This document shows positions 26,030 to 39,560 of a stretch of 64,000 nucleotides of DNA, in pieces. Below the pieces are notes generated by a model that saw only the letters and a list, made by a program, of their open reading frames with translations, had not been told where the DNA came from and did no database searches. Origin of the DNA: Mobula birostris (lineage: Eukaryota); assembly GCF_030028105.1 (NCBI RefSeq), contig NC_092397.1, positions 28,053,097 through 28,117,096 on the forward strand, written 5' to 3'. Every line of letters begins with the position of its first letter. Positions within the stretch are counted from its first letter, which is position 1. Both the position numbers and the translations under genes were made by a program.

Positions 26030-29000
26030 CAAGGAATAAAGGACAAAGGACATTGTCTGGCCAAACTGACTATGTAACTGAGAACCTCGGGTCCGGGAAA
26101 TATACCTTGGAAATCTTTTCCACACACTCCCCAGTTTAACCACGTTTCCTATAATGGTGACAAGAGCTGTATACAAATCGGCAAGTGTGTCCTCCAGTCA
26201 TTTACACAACTGTGACATAATGTCACAACTGATATACTCTATCCCCTGACTAATGAAGACCAGCATGTGAAACCCCGTTCTTCACCACCCTGTCTGCAAG
26301 TGACACAACTTTCAATGAACTGTGTTCACTTTACCCCTAAATCTCTCCGGCCCATTCCAGTCCCCAATGACCGATCTTTCATAGTGTAAGTTCTACACTG
26401 GTTTGACTTTCCAATATGCACCGCCTCACACTTATCTGTATTGAAATGCATTTGCCACACTTGACCCTCTTCCCTAAGTGATCATGAGCACCCTGTAATC
26501 CGCGACATCCTTCTAAGTAAAGTTGAGGGAAGTTACTCCAACTCATTAATAAAACTTTTGTGCACTGGCATTGATCAGTGAAGGTGATTAGTATCAAATT
26601 CAAAATCATGTTCATTATCATGGACATATGTCATTAACTTTGTTGTTTTGCTACAGCAGTACAGAGCAATTTCTTAAAAAAAAAAGTTAAAATAAGAAAT
26701 ACAGAATAAACTAAATCGTGTAAAAAGAGGATCAGGGAGGGGTGTGAGTCTGAAGATGAGAACAGGAAACCTAAAACCTTGTCCATTCTTGCCTCTTTTA
26801 CTCTTCATATATCTGAAAATAAATCTTTTTTGTATCTTGTTTCTATTATTGGCCAGTTACTTTCATAATTCATCTGACTTCTGCATATTGTTATTATAGT
26901 TGTTCTGTTTTTTTAAGTTTCCCATTCCTTTAGCTTCCCATTAATTTTGGTGATATTCTTTGCCCTCTCATGTTCTTTTATGCTGCCTTTGTCTTCTGTT
27001 GTTAGTGATGGTTGCCTCATCCTCCCTTTTAAATACTGTTTCTGCAAATTTCTCCTGGAGACTGAAACTTTTCATACAAGGTAATCTGGGAAAGTTGAAA
27101 TGCCCAACTGCTGTAAACTTGTTCCCATTACCCCTCTGTGTGATTTACTAATATGTCTGCTGCACAATATCTGAGCCGATTGGGAGGCCGGCAGATTAAT
27201 CCCATCAAAATCATCATTCATCATTTTATTTAAAACCTATACTTACAAGACCTCATCAAAACCCCTCTTATCAGTGAAGTGTTGGTCTCCTTATTCAAAG
27301 ATGCAACATCCCCCACCCATAAGGTAGCTTTTAAATGTTTCCCCTTCATCTTAAACAATTACCCTGTAAATTTAGGCTTCCCTACCCTACAAAAAGAGTG
27401 CCCACCTACTGATTTTGTAAACCTCTGGACGGTCACCAGACAGCTCCTTACTCTCTCAGGAGAGAGAAAGAGAGTCCCAGTCTGTCCAGCTTCTGCTGAT
27501 AATTAAAGTCCTCCAGTGTCAGTAACATTCTCATCAAACTTCCCTCCACACTTGCCAGCTTCATGACATCTTTCCTGCAACTGGATGACCAGAACTGTGC
27601 AAAATACAGTCTGGTCTCACTTTGACTTTTACAGCTGTCATACGGCATCCCAAATTCTCTACTCAGTTCCCTGATCAATGAAGACAAATAGGCCAAACAC
27701 CACCTTCACCATCCTGACTATCTGTGTTGTCTCTTTCAGTGAATGATGTTTCTGTATTTCATGGCCCTCTTCTGTAATACTCTCCAAGGGACAAGAATTT
27801 ACTGTGCAGATCCTTCCCTGGTTGAACTTCTCATAATGCAACACCTGAAACTTGTCCACATCAATATCCTTCTGCCATTTTTTGGCTGACTTCCCCAGTT
27901 AATCTCCATCCTATTGTACTCTCACACAATCTTCACAGTCCACACTACCACCAACATTGCTGTCATCTGCAAACTCACTGTCACTACAATGTCAGAAAAT
28001 TGTTAATGTAGATGACAATTGACAGTACCAGCACCGATCCCTGTGACTGTCACTGGTCAGAGGCCTCCAACCTGAATAACAAGCTGCCATGACCACCCTC
28101 TGTCTCCTTCCATCAAGACAAGTATCTTGTCTGGCATCCCCTCTGCTCTAAATGTGTAATACAAAAGAAATAAAGATTAAATCAAAATATATCTACCTGT
28201 GGCCTACATCTCTCAGAAGGGACGAAACCTGAACTCCCCACTCCAATTCTGGCCCACTCATACAATGACCGCTCTGGTTAAGTCTAACTTCTTTTTATTG
28301 GATCTTGCCACGTTCCGAATTATGGGCAATCAAACATTTCCTCGGGAGCTGTGACATGCAAAATGTGCCAACTGCCCAGGTTCACTTCATCAAACTCCCT
28401 CTCCTTTTACATAATCTGATGACTGTGTGGGACTGTGGCACTCAAAACTGTGGACTACAGGAAACCAGAGTACATGCCTGCACTGTTCTACAAGGCCACA
28501 AATGATTAAAAAAACACTGTATAACAAACACTGGAATTCCCCAACTGAGATGAATGGGGAGGCTGGATAACTGAAAAGATTCAAAGAGAAGGAAGATAAA
28601 TGTTTTGTAAAATCAGGGAAGTGGGATTGACATACAAGGAAGGCTGATGGCAGATCAGACTTTATATCGAATTGTGGGTGAGGGACTAAGAGAGGACACA
28701 CTGGAGGGTTCATCCAGTGGGACAATGTGGATGGAGCTCAGGATAAGAGAGGTGCATTCACTGATGGGGTTATACCACAGGCCTCCCAAATGCCAGCAGG
28801 AGATAAAGGAACAGAAATGTAGCAGGTAATGAAAGATGTAAAAGCAACAGGGTAGTTGCAGTGGGTGACTAATTTCCCCAATGTTGACTGGGACTCCCTT
28901 AGAGTCAGGGGCTTAGATATCACCGAATATGTTAGAAGAATACTGGGATGTTACTTAACATTTAAGTGGATAGTCTAACCCGGGAAGGGAGCCATAGAAA

Positions 29001-32000
29001 CATAGAAAATAGGTGCAGGAGCAGGCCATTCGGCCCTTCGAGCCTGCACCGCCATTTATTATGATCATGGCTGATCATCCAACTCAGAACCCCGCCCCAG
29101 CCTTCCCTCCATACCCCCTGACCCCCATAGCCACAAGGGCCATATCTAACTCCCTCTTAAATATAGCCAATGAACTGGCCTCAACTGTTTCCTGTGGCAG
29201 AGAATTCCACAGATTCACCACTCTCTGTGTGAAGAAGTTTTTCCTAATCTCGGTCCTAAAAGGCTTCCCCTCTATCCTCAAACTGTGGCCCCTCGTTCTG
29301 GACTTCCCCAACATCGGGAACAATCTTCCTGCATCTAGCCTGTCCAATCCCTTTAGGATCTTATACGTTTCAATCAGATCCCCCCTCAATCTTCTAAATT
29401 CCAACGAGTACAAGCCCAGTTCATCCAGTCTTTCTTCATATGAAAGTCCTGCCATCCCAGGAATCAATCTGGTGAACCTTCTTTGTACTCCCTCTATAGC
29501 AAGGATGTCTTTCCTCAGATTAGGGGACCAAAACTGCACACAATACTCCAGGTTTGGTCTCACCAAGGCCTTGTACAACTGCAGTAGTACCTCCCTGCTC
29601 CTGTACTCGAATCCTCTCGCTATAAATGTCATAGAAAACATTGTATTGGGAAATGAGCCTGGCCATTGATAGAAGTTTCATTTTCGGAACAGTAAATAGG
29701 GACAAGGCTGGACCCGGTGGTAATATGGTCATTTGGGGTACAGTTAATTGCAACTGTCTACATTGAACATGTAAATGATGTTTAAAAGCAATCGGGTCAG
29801 AATTCAGACAGAACTGTTTCTATGAGGAGGAAACACAAGGATGGTAAAGTCTGGCAGAGGGGCATAGTGAGAGATGTTATGAATTCAGACTGAAAGAAAA
29901 TGAAGGATAAGGAATATTTCAGAAGTAGAAATTGGAGAAAGCCTCTGGCAACATGAAACAAGTAAGAGAGAAGATAGGATCTCTAATAAAAGTTAGGAGG
30001 GTAAAAGGAGGATATCATGATTCAGAAGGCAAAGTGAGCAAAATCCAAGAGATTCTCTTGGTATATTCATAGGAAAAGTTAAGTTAGACACAGAATCACC
30101 CTTGGAGGTGAACATGGCCATCTGTGTGTGGAGGCAAATGAAATAGGAGAGGCTTTCCATGAATATTTCTGACAGTTATTTCACCATTGCAAAAATTCTT
30201 TAAGGTTGTTAAATCTCCAGGGCTTTATCAGGTACATTCTCGTACTTTGTGGGAAGCTGGAGAATACACTGTGGAGGCCAGGGGAGAGATTATTTTGCTT
30301 CATCTCAGGCACCAGTTGAGGTTGCACATGATTGGACAGGGTGACTAATGTGGAATTGATAGTTTTGAGGCCAAGACTGTGGATGATATGAAGAGGCAGG
30401 CAGTGTTGAGGAAGCAGGGAGTCTGCAGTAGCACTTGGACAGATTTGGAGAATGGACAAGGAAGTGCCAGATGAAATACAGTGTAATGAAGTGTGTGGTC
30501 ATGTACTCTGGTAGGAGGAATAACACCCTAGGCTCTTTCTAAACAGGGAGAGAACAGAAATCAGTTGTGTGAAGGGTTTTAGTGCACGATTCCCTAAAGG
30601 TTAATGCACACATTGAGTTGGTAGTGAGGAAGGCAAATGTAATACTTGCATGCATTTCAAGAGAACTAGAAAGTAAAACAAGGATCTAATGCTGAGGCTT
30701 TGGTCAGACCTCGTTTGGAGTATCATGAGCAGGCTTGGGTAACTTTTCTAAGAAAGGATGTGCTGGCATTGCAGAGGCTGTAGTGGAAATTCACGAGAAT
30801 GATCCCAGGACTGAAAGAGTTAGGATGTAATAATCATTTGATGATCTGGGCCTGCAGTCACTGGAGTCTAGAAGAATGAGGGAGAATCTTATAGAAACAC
30901 ATTGAATATTGAACGGCCTAGATAGCGTTGATGTGAGAGGATGTTTCCAATAATGGAGGAATCTAGAACCAAACCACACCCTCAATAAAAGATGCCCCTC
31001 TAGAATAGAGATGAGTAATTTCTTTAGTCAGAAGGTGATAAATCAATGGATTTCATTTCCACAGGCAGCCAGAAAGGCAGTCAGTGTTTTTTTTTTTAAA
31101 GCAGAGGTTAGTAGATTTTTAATTATTATTAAGGGTATCAAAGTTTATGGGTAGAAGGCAGGAGAATGGGGTTGAGAGGGATATATGATGGAATGGCAGA
31201 ACAGACTGAATGGGCCAAAAGGCCTAATCCTGCTCCTGTGACTTCAGGACTGATGGTTTATGCGCTGCCATTGTTCAAAAAGGGTAGTGGAAACTACAGG
31301 CCCATCAGTCTGTAATTTGTTGGAGGAGTTTCTGAAGAACAGGATCCACCAAAATTTGGTTTGATTCAAGACAGTCAGCACAGTTTTGTGCAAGGAAAAT
31401 TATGTCTGGTAATTTCTTGCAGCCCTTTGAGGGGTTTCACAAGGGTGTAGATGAGGTTAGGGTTGTGGATGTTGTCTATATGGACATTAGCCAGGCCTTT
31501 GACTATAGTCTGGAAGGTTAGATCTAGAAACTGGAATCTGGGGAGATAGTTGATCGATTCCATAATTGCCTCGGTGACAGGAGGCAGAGGCTGATGGTTG
31601 AGGGTTGTCCCTCAGACTGGAGCTGTCTGTCTAGTGGTGTGCCACTGGGTGACAGGACCTTTGTTGTTTGTAATTTATATAAATAATGTCCATGTGAATG
31701 TGTAATTCACTGAAAGTGACGTCTCAGCTAGGTACGGTGGTGAAGATGGGGTTTGATCTGCCGGCCTTCATCATTCATGTCACTGAGTACAAGAGTTGGG
31801 AAGAAGTGTTGCAGATACACAAGTCTTTGGTAAGGACTGATTAAAGGAAACCATGCTGACTTTGGCCTATTTTTTCATGTGTTGCCAAGTACCCAAAAAT
31901 ACATCCTTGACAATTGACTCCATCATCTTCCCAACCACTGAGATCGGACTAGCTGGCCTATGATTTGCTTTCTTCTGCTTCTCCCTCTTCTTTAAGAGTG

Positions 32001-33960
32001 GATGACCTTTGCAATTTTCCTGTTCTCTGGAACCACACCAGAATCCAGAGATTATGGAAAGATTACTACTAAAACTGCCACAATCTCTTCAGCCACATCT
32101 TTCATAGCACTGGTGTAGATAATCTGGTCCAAGTGAATTCTCTACCTTCAGACCTTTCAGATTCCCAAGGACCATCTCCCTAGTAAAGGCAAAATCACTC
32201 ATTTCTTCCCGCTGATTCTCTTGAATTTCCAGCAGACTGCTAATATCGTCCCCAGTGAAGACTGATGCACAATACTTATTCAGATTGTCTGCCATTTTCC
32301 TGTACCCCATTACTACCTCTCCAGTAACATCTTCCAATGAACTAATATCTACTTTTGCCTCTCTTTTACACTTTGTATATCTGAAGAAACTTTTGGTATA
32401 CTCTTTAATACCAGTGGCTAGCTTACCTTCGTATTCTAACTTTTTCCTCTCTTTATGACTTTTTTTGTTGGTTTTAAAAGTTGTAAATACTCTGAGAGTC
32501 AGGGACATCTCAGAGCAGATACAGAACAGGGGGATGGTGTTCATTCAGCCAGAGATGGTGATTCACATCGGTACCAATGGACAGGTAGAAAAGGGATGAT
32601 GTCCCACAGAGAGTTAGGGAAGAAGTTATGGAGCAGAACCTGAAATGTTGTAATCTCCAGTTTACTCCTAGTGCCCTGTGGTGGTAGGGATACAAACAGA
32701 AAGTGAGAGCTGATGAATGTGTGGCTAAGGAGCTGATACAGGGACAGGGTTTCAGGATTACAGAACATTGGAACCTCTTCTGGTGTTGTGGTGACATTTA
32801 CAAGAGGGATGGTTTGCAGTTTTACTGGAGGGCGGTCAGGATCATGAGGTTCATTGCTGCTCCCTATGAGGGTTGAAACGAGATTGACAGGGGGATGTGA
32901 AACAGAACACCAGTCACTGAATGGAGAGATTGAAGCTGAGTTAGATGCCAGGCACAGCAATATGTAACGATGGATTTTGAGGCAAATCCACATCTGACCT
33001 GGAGTTTGTTGAAAGACCAGTGCAGTGTTTCAGGGCCAGTTTTTTCCAGTAAGAGGGAGGGTCAAGGATGGCAAGGTTCAGGAACCTTGGATGATGTGAC
33101 AGGAAGTTAATTTAATCAAGGAGGAGGAAGAAGCATAAGTAAGGCTTAGGAATCTGTAATCAAACAGGGTGTTTGAGGACTATATTTAAAAAACAGGGGA
33201 ACTCAAGAATGTTTGGAGAGCTGGAAACACTGATGAAAAATCTCCGGCAAGTAGGATTGAAGATAATCCCATTGCATTCCATACATTCGTTGTGGTGAAA
33301 AGGATACCTAGGGCTGCACTTTGGGAGATCCAACATCAAGGGTGTGTACACAGTTAATGGCAGGAACATTAACAGTATTGACAAAGAGAAGGATGTCGAG
33401 GTTCAGAGACATCAGTTCCCTAAAACTGGGAGCACAGGTTGACAGGGAGGTGAAGTCGGTGTATGGCATGTTTACCTTCATCAGGCAAGGCACTGAGTTC
33501 AAGCACCAGGACATGATGTTACAGGTTTATAAAATGCTGGTTAGGCCACATTGGGAGTATCGTGTTCAGTTCTGATCACCTCATTATAGGAAGCATGTGG
33601 AGGGTTCGGAACAGGATGTCTGGAGGAGGTGTGCGCTGAGGAGAGGCTCGACGTGCTGAAACTTTTTTCTTCTGGAGTGGCGTCGGCTCAGGAGAGATTT
33701 GATAGAAACCTGTGGAATTTTGTGGTCATAGTTGGTGTAGACAGCCAGTAATATTTTTCACAGAAGGCATGTATTTAAGGTCAGAGGAAGAAAGTGAAGA
33801 CAACAGATTGATGGAGACATGGAATGCACTGTCAGGGGTGGTGGCAGAGGCAGAGAGCACAGGAGTATTTAAGGAAATTTAGACAGTCACAAGAATATGT
33901 AGAGAAGGGCCAAAGGGCCACTCCTGTACTGTCCTTTGTTCTGAACAGAAGATGGCCCCT
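26030..33960. mobile_element. Patchwork of old CR1 fragments between H1 and H2A
   Basis: Motifs FAQFWS (27448-27696), GLYHRPP (28647-28829), KSFFRY (32089-32544), ORF1 esterase ~32500-32880, RPHWEYRVQF (33321-33575). Confidence 0.75.
29001..29629 (-). mobile_element. Young CR1 3' fragment inserted into an older CR1
   Basis: ORF 29084-29641 nearly identical to the C-termini of 37244-38251 and 57886-59985; CATAGAAA duplicated at 28993-29000 and 29630-29637. Confidence 0.92.
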
Positions 33961-34249
33961 GGGCATGGATCCGTGCAGGAGACTGGGATATTATATCCCC
34001 AACAGAAAAATGATTGTCGGAGGGGCAGGACCGGCAGATCAGTTTCACAATACAAATGCTACAGGTACGATGGAGTGGAGGGGAGAGATGTGTTTGACCA
34101 GAGAGAACATCTCAGTGGTACTTAGAGAAGACATCCCTGGGGATTGCCGCATCATGTATACTGGGACCGCCGCACTGCAAAAGGGTTGGTGGCGCAGAAT
34201 TTATTCTGTGTGTCCAGTTTTATCAATCAGTATTTAGAAGTTCCTATTA

Positions 34250-34372
34250 GAGACAGGACAGCACTGAACCTCCTTGTCGATCCACCCACCCCCTCCCTTT
34301 TCTTCCTGGCACAAACAAAAGTCTGTATCAGAGCGACCCACCGCCTCACAGAGGGAGCCGTGTCTCGGGAGA
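34250..34372 (+). pseudogene. Decayed H4 3' end (mutated stem-loop, intact downstream flank) without a recognisable CDS
   Basis: GCACAAACAAAAGTCTGTATCAGAGCGACCCACCGCCTCACAGAGGGAGCCGT aligns with H4 3' GCACAAAACAAAGGCTCTTCTAAGAGCCACCCACCGCCTCACAAACGGAGCCGT (22596-22649). Confidence 0.7.
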
Positions 34373-34912
34373 TCTGACCAAACTGACCCCGACTTTGCAA
34401 ATGTTCATTTATATTTCAGAGACCCAGGCGGACGAGATTTTCAGTAAATACTGTCAGTTCCATATGGTAAATGTACTTTTGTAGATAAATGTAAAGCTGC
34501 AAATCAATATTGTTCTGTGAGGCGGTGGGAATTGCTCATGAAGCGATCAGCGGAACGGTCCAGGGTCAACCCGCAATGTCAAACCCAGACAACGCGGTTT
34601 CAGGTCATGAAGACCGGAATCGTTCAATGATCGGAGATTAAATTCACCCTCCGGGGGCTGACTCTGAAAGTTAATTTCCCCGCCCCGGAAGGGGAGAGAG
34701 CTCCATTCAGCCAGCAGAGACGGGAAATGAGTCAGGGCGAAGCGGACCGCGTACTCTGCAGACTTATACCGATTTAATTCGCGGAAGAAACACGACGGAA
34801 GGAGAGAAAACGTTACCAGGGATGCCTCCGATCGGGGCCGTGTCAGATACACAGCCGAGTTACTCCGAACGGTAATCACCCGCTGTTCAGCCCTTCCACA
34901 GACACTGTGAGT

Positions 34913-34928
34913 GGCTCTGAAAAGAGCC
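34913..34928 (-). other. Histone 3' stem-loop (H2A)
   Basis: Minus strand GGCTCTTTTCAGAGCC; downstream element GGAAGGGCTG 34888-34897. Confidence 0.95.
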
Positions 34929-34958
34929 TTTGGGTAAATAGGTTCAGTTTACGTCGCC

Positions 34959-35620
<662 letters not shown>

Positions 35621-36137
35621 CTGAAATTAAATCATTGCTGATCTGTTTGAGGACTGGGTCTTCGTATTTCCCCCTGTTACTGAAACCGGGCACATTTAAT
35701 GTAAGTGTAGTTGATAATGGAGTGTCTGGGCACTCAAATTTCTTTCAACTCGTAAAGGAACCGAGTAAATCTGACACTCAGCTTCTACCCGGTGCCAGTC
35801 ATTGTGTAAACGTTAGCAGGTTATCGACAAACTGTGACCAGCGGCTAGTCTGCAATTTTTTTTTTTTTAAAAACTGTTGTATGAAAGAACCGTGAAGTCG
35901 TTCCGGCCTCGAATTAAAATGAGATTCAGAGAAGTTACCTAACTCCAACTAATAAACTCCTGAACCCACAGCTAAAACAGCAACGGGAGTGGGAGGAATG
36001 TTAAACACCAGGATTATTGAGGGAAGATGAAGCGGATATTCCAACCGCTCTTTAGCTCCTGTAAAAGTCACCACACATAAAACGTGCGCCATGTATTGTC
36101 TAAATGCTAGTACAACTCTCTCAGTGAAATCGTGAGT

Positions 36138-36153
36138 GGCTCTTAAAAGAGCC
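36138..36153 (-). other. Histone 3' stem-loop (H2B copy 1)
   Basis: Minus strand GGCTCTTTTAAGAGCC; downstream element GAGAGAGTTG ~36113-36122. Confidence 0.95.
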
Positions 36154-36184
36154 GTTGTGTTTCCGATCATCTCACTGGGGAGCT

Positions 36185-36559
36185 TTACTTGGAGCTGGTG
36201 TACTTGGTCACCGCCTTCGTTCCTTCGGAAACTGCGTGCTTGGCCAGCTCCCCGGGCAGCAGCAGGCGCACGGCGGTCTGGATCTCCCGTGAGGTGATGG
36301 TTGACCGCTTGTTGTAATGGGCCAGGCGGGAAGCCTCGCCCCCGATGCGCTCGAAGATGTCGTTGACGAATGAATTCATGATGCTCATGGCCTTGGAGGA
36401 GATGCCAGTATCGGGGTGAACCTGCTTCATCACTTTGTAGATGTAGATGGAGTAACTCTCCTTCCTCAGCCTCTTGCGCTTCTTCCCTGCCTTACCCGCT
36501 GGTTTGGGCAGAGTTTTCTTGGCGCCCTTCTTCGGAGCGGGTTTCGCTGTCTCAGGCAT
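36185..36559 (-). CDS. H2B: Histone H2B (copy 1, 124 aa)
   Basis: ATG at 36559, [12 protein letters not shown]...[10 protein letters not shown]; the upstream ORF-track start is GTG. Confidence 0.98.
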   Translation of the reverse strand: MPETAKPAPKKGAKKTLPKPAGKAGKKRKRLRKESYSIYIYKVMKQVHPDTGISSKAMSIMNSFVNDIFERIGGEASRLAHYNKRSTITSREIQTAVRLLLPGELAKHAVSEGTKAVTKYTSSK

Positions 36560-36604
36560 TTCAGCTGACCGCTTCAGAACCACAAATAAGCAAAACGGGC
36601 TCGG

Positions 36605-36760
36605 AGCACGAATTAAATAGGCAGCGCCCAGAGGTGTATGCTAATGAGGGATGGGATGCCTATGTTTCTCAATGGCTATTTGAAGTAACGTTCATGCAGT
36701 AAGACAATTTGATTGGATAGCTAAAGGAATTCGTTCAACCAATCAGAACTCGTTCTGCGC
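36605..36760 (-). promoter_or_regulatory. H2B promoter (octamer variant, TATA-like, CCAAT boxes in both orientations)
   Basis: Minus strand TATTTAA ~36613-36619, CTCATTAGCATA ~36637-36648; ATTGG 36712 and CCAAT 36739. Confidence 0.75.
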
Positions 36761-36953
36761 TACCCAGTGTTCGTTTTGGGTAACGCCGTGGACTGGGAAC
36801 TGTCGCCGATGTGGTGAGTTGCTGCTGCCGGTTAATTCCGCAGGAAGGAAATCTAAAATACAAAATGGACCAACTACAGCGACAGTATTCGGTCATTCGG
36901 CCCGTCGTATCTGCTAGAAAAGCAGATGGAATGAGGAAAACACACAGTTAATA

Positions 36954-38340
36954 GCCTAACGTCGGTGGTGGGGAAACTGCTGGAGTCAGTTATCAAGGAT
37001 GTGATAACAGCACATTTGGAAAGCGGTGAAATGATCGGACAAAGTCAGCATGGATTTGTGAAAAGAAAATCATGTCTGACGAATCTCATAGAATTTTTTG
37101 AGGATGTAACTGGTAGAGTGGATAGGGGAGAACCAGTGGATGTGGTATATTTGGATTTTCAGAAGGCTTTTGACAAGGTCCCACACAGGAGATTAGTGTG
37201 CAAACTTAAAGCACATGGTATTGGGGGTAAGGTATTGGTGTGAGTGGAGAATTGGTTAGCAGACAGGAAGCAAAGAGTGGGATTAAACGGGACCTTTTCA
37301 GAATGGCAGGCGGTGACTAGTGGGGTACCGCAAGGCTCAGTGCTGGGACCCCAGTTGTTTACAATATATATTAATGACTTGGATGAGGGAATTAAATGCA
37401 GCATCTCCAAGTTTGCGGATGACACGAAGCTAGGTGGCAGTGTTAGCTGTGAGGAGGACGCTAAGAGGATGCAGGGTGACTTGGATAGGTTGGGTGAGTG
37501 GGCAAATTCATGGCAGATGCAATTTAATGTGGATAAATGTGAAGTTATCCACTTTGGTGGCAAAAATAGGAAAACAGATTATTATCTGAATGGTGGCCGA
37601 TTAGGAAAAGGGGAGGTGCAACGTGACCTGTGTGTCATTATACACCAGTCATTGAAAGTGGGCATGCAGGTACAGCAGACGGTGAAAAAGGCGAATGGTA
37701 TGCTGGCATTTATAGCGAGAGGATTTGAGTACAGGAGCAGGGAGGTACTACTGCAGTTGTACAAGGCCTTGGTGAGACCACACCTGGAGTATTGTGTGCA
37801 GTTTTGGTCCCCTAATCTGAGGAAGGACATCCTTACCATAGAGGGAGTACAGAGAAGGTTCACCAGATTGATTCCTGGGATGGCAGGACTTTCATATGAA
37901 GAAAGAATGGATGAACTGGGCTTGTACTCGTTGGAATTTAGAAGATTGAGGGGGGATCTGATTGAAACGTATAAGATCCTAAAGGGATTGGACAGGCTAG
38001 ATGCAGGAAGATTGTTCCCGATGTTGGGGAAGTCCAGAACAAGGGGTCACAGTTTGAGGATAGAGGGGAAGCCTTTTAGGACCGAGATTAGGAAAAACTT
38101 CTTCACACAGAGAGTGGTGAATCTGTGGAATTCTCTGCCACAGGAAACCGTTGAGGCCAGTTCATTGGCTATATTTAAGAGGGAGTTAGATATGGCCCTT
38201 GTGGCTACGGGGGTCAGGGGGTATGGAGGGAAGGCCGGGGCGGTGTTCTGAGTTGGATGATCAGCCATGATCATAATAAATGGCGGTGCAGGCTCAAAGG
38301 GCCGAATGGCCTTCTCCTGCACCTATTTTCTATGTTTCTA
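36954..38340 (+). mobile_element. Young 5'-truncated CR1 (RT) with one premature stop
   Basis: ORFs 36965-37243 and 37244-38251 in one frame split by TGA where the paralog has TGG; LDFQKAFDKVPH, PQGSVLGP, KFADDTK; TTTCTATG tail; possible TSD TAATA 36949/38341. Confidence 0.95.
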
Positions 38341-38507
38341 TAATATGAAACGTTTATGTAATGAAACAGGACAGCAGGAGACCGAAGGTCAAATGGACCA
38401 GGTGAAAGATAAATTTACTGCAGCAGCATCAGAAACACATAGTATCCACGATACAGTGCTCACAAGAACTAAACTGCTGTACAGAATTGTAAAAAGAGAA
38501 GAGAATT

Positions 38508-38614
38508 AGCAGTTAGTCCTGCCGAAGGTTCTCGGCCCAAAATGTCGACTGTACCTCTTTCCTAGAGATGCTGCCTGGCCTGCTGCCTTCACCAACAACT
38601 TTGATGTGTGTTGC
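38508..38614 (+). mobile_element. Short Penelope-like terminus with hammerhead-like motif
   Basis: AGTC-CTGCCGA-AGGTTCTCGGCCC-AAAA-TGTC-GACT at 38515-38550; AGAGAATT duplicated at 38500-38507 and 38615-38622. Confidence 0.7.
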
Positions 38615-38740
38615 AGAGAATTTGAACGAGTCTCAAGACAGTCCACTGCAGTATAAATTGATCAAAGTGGTGCTGTCTTGAGTTGGGGAGGAGCGTTGTT
38701 CGGGTTTGTTAAAGTACGTAATGTCTGTACATTACGTACA

Positions 38741-39010
38741 GGGTTCATTCTGTACGCGTCAGTCTCTCGTACAGTGTGAGAGTGTGGGGTTCATTCTGTA
38801 CCCGTCAGTCTCTGGTACAGTGTGAGAGTGTGGGGTTCATTCTGTACCCGTCAGTCTCTGGTACAGTGTGAGAGTGTGGGGTTCATTCTGTACCCGTCAG
38901 TTTCTGGTACAGTATGAGAGTGTGGGGTTCATTTTCTACCTGTCAGCCTCTGCTACAGTGTGAGAGTGTGGGGTTCATTCTGTACCTGTCAGTTTCCGGT
39001 ACAGTGTGGG
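38741..39010. repeat. 46-bp minisatellite, about 6 copies (GGGTTCATTCTGTACCCGTCAGTCTCTGGTACAGTGTGAGAGTGTG)
   Basis: Units at 38741, 38787, 38833, 38879, 38925, 38971. Confidence 0.95.
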
Positions 39011-39128
39011 AGTTGGTACTTGGCACTGTGTCTCCCAGTCTCTCATGCAATGTAAATGTAGAAACTTCTTTCAGATTCATCCTCACACTTGAATTCTTTT
39101 TAGCTTTTTAAACAATATCACACAATGC

Positions 39129-39560
39129 GATGTGGCCACACATTTGTTGGAGGAACAACACCTTATGGGTGGCTTCCAACCTGACGGCATGAACATCGAA
39201 CTATCGCATTTCTGGTAATGCCTCCCACACCCCCCTTTTCACCATTTCCCATCATCTTGCCCACCCACCATCTCCCTCTGGTGCTCCTCCCTCCTTTTCT
39301 TTCTTCCATGGCCTCCTGTCTCTTTCACTAATCAACTTCCCAGCCCCCTACAGGTTTCACCCGCACCTTATTTTCTCTCTCCCCTTCCCCACCTTTTAAA
39401 TCTACTCCTCAGATTTTCTCCTAAGTACTGCCGAAGGGTTTTGTCCCAAAACAGTGGCTGTGTTTTTTTTTCTATAGATGCTGCCTGACCCGCTGAGTTT
39501 GTTCAGCATTTGTGTGTGTGGCTTGGATTTCCAGCAACTGTAGATTTTCTCCTGTTTGTG
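39129..39560 (+). mobile_element. Penelope-like 3' fragment (GIY-YIG tail, pyrimidine tract, hammerhead-like terminus)
   Basis: 'ttggaggaacaacacctt...ttccaacctgacggcatgaacatcga'; CTGCCGAAGGG at 39428; ACACAATGC duplicated at 39120-39128 and 39561-39569. Confidence 0.8.

Noticed and set aside
29013-29669. Antisense ORFs of 130-230 aa over CR1 copies (also 37159-37563, 59316-60008)
   Set aside because: Reverse-strand shadows of the same CR1 RT region, repeated only because the copies are near-identical.
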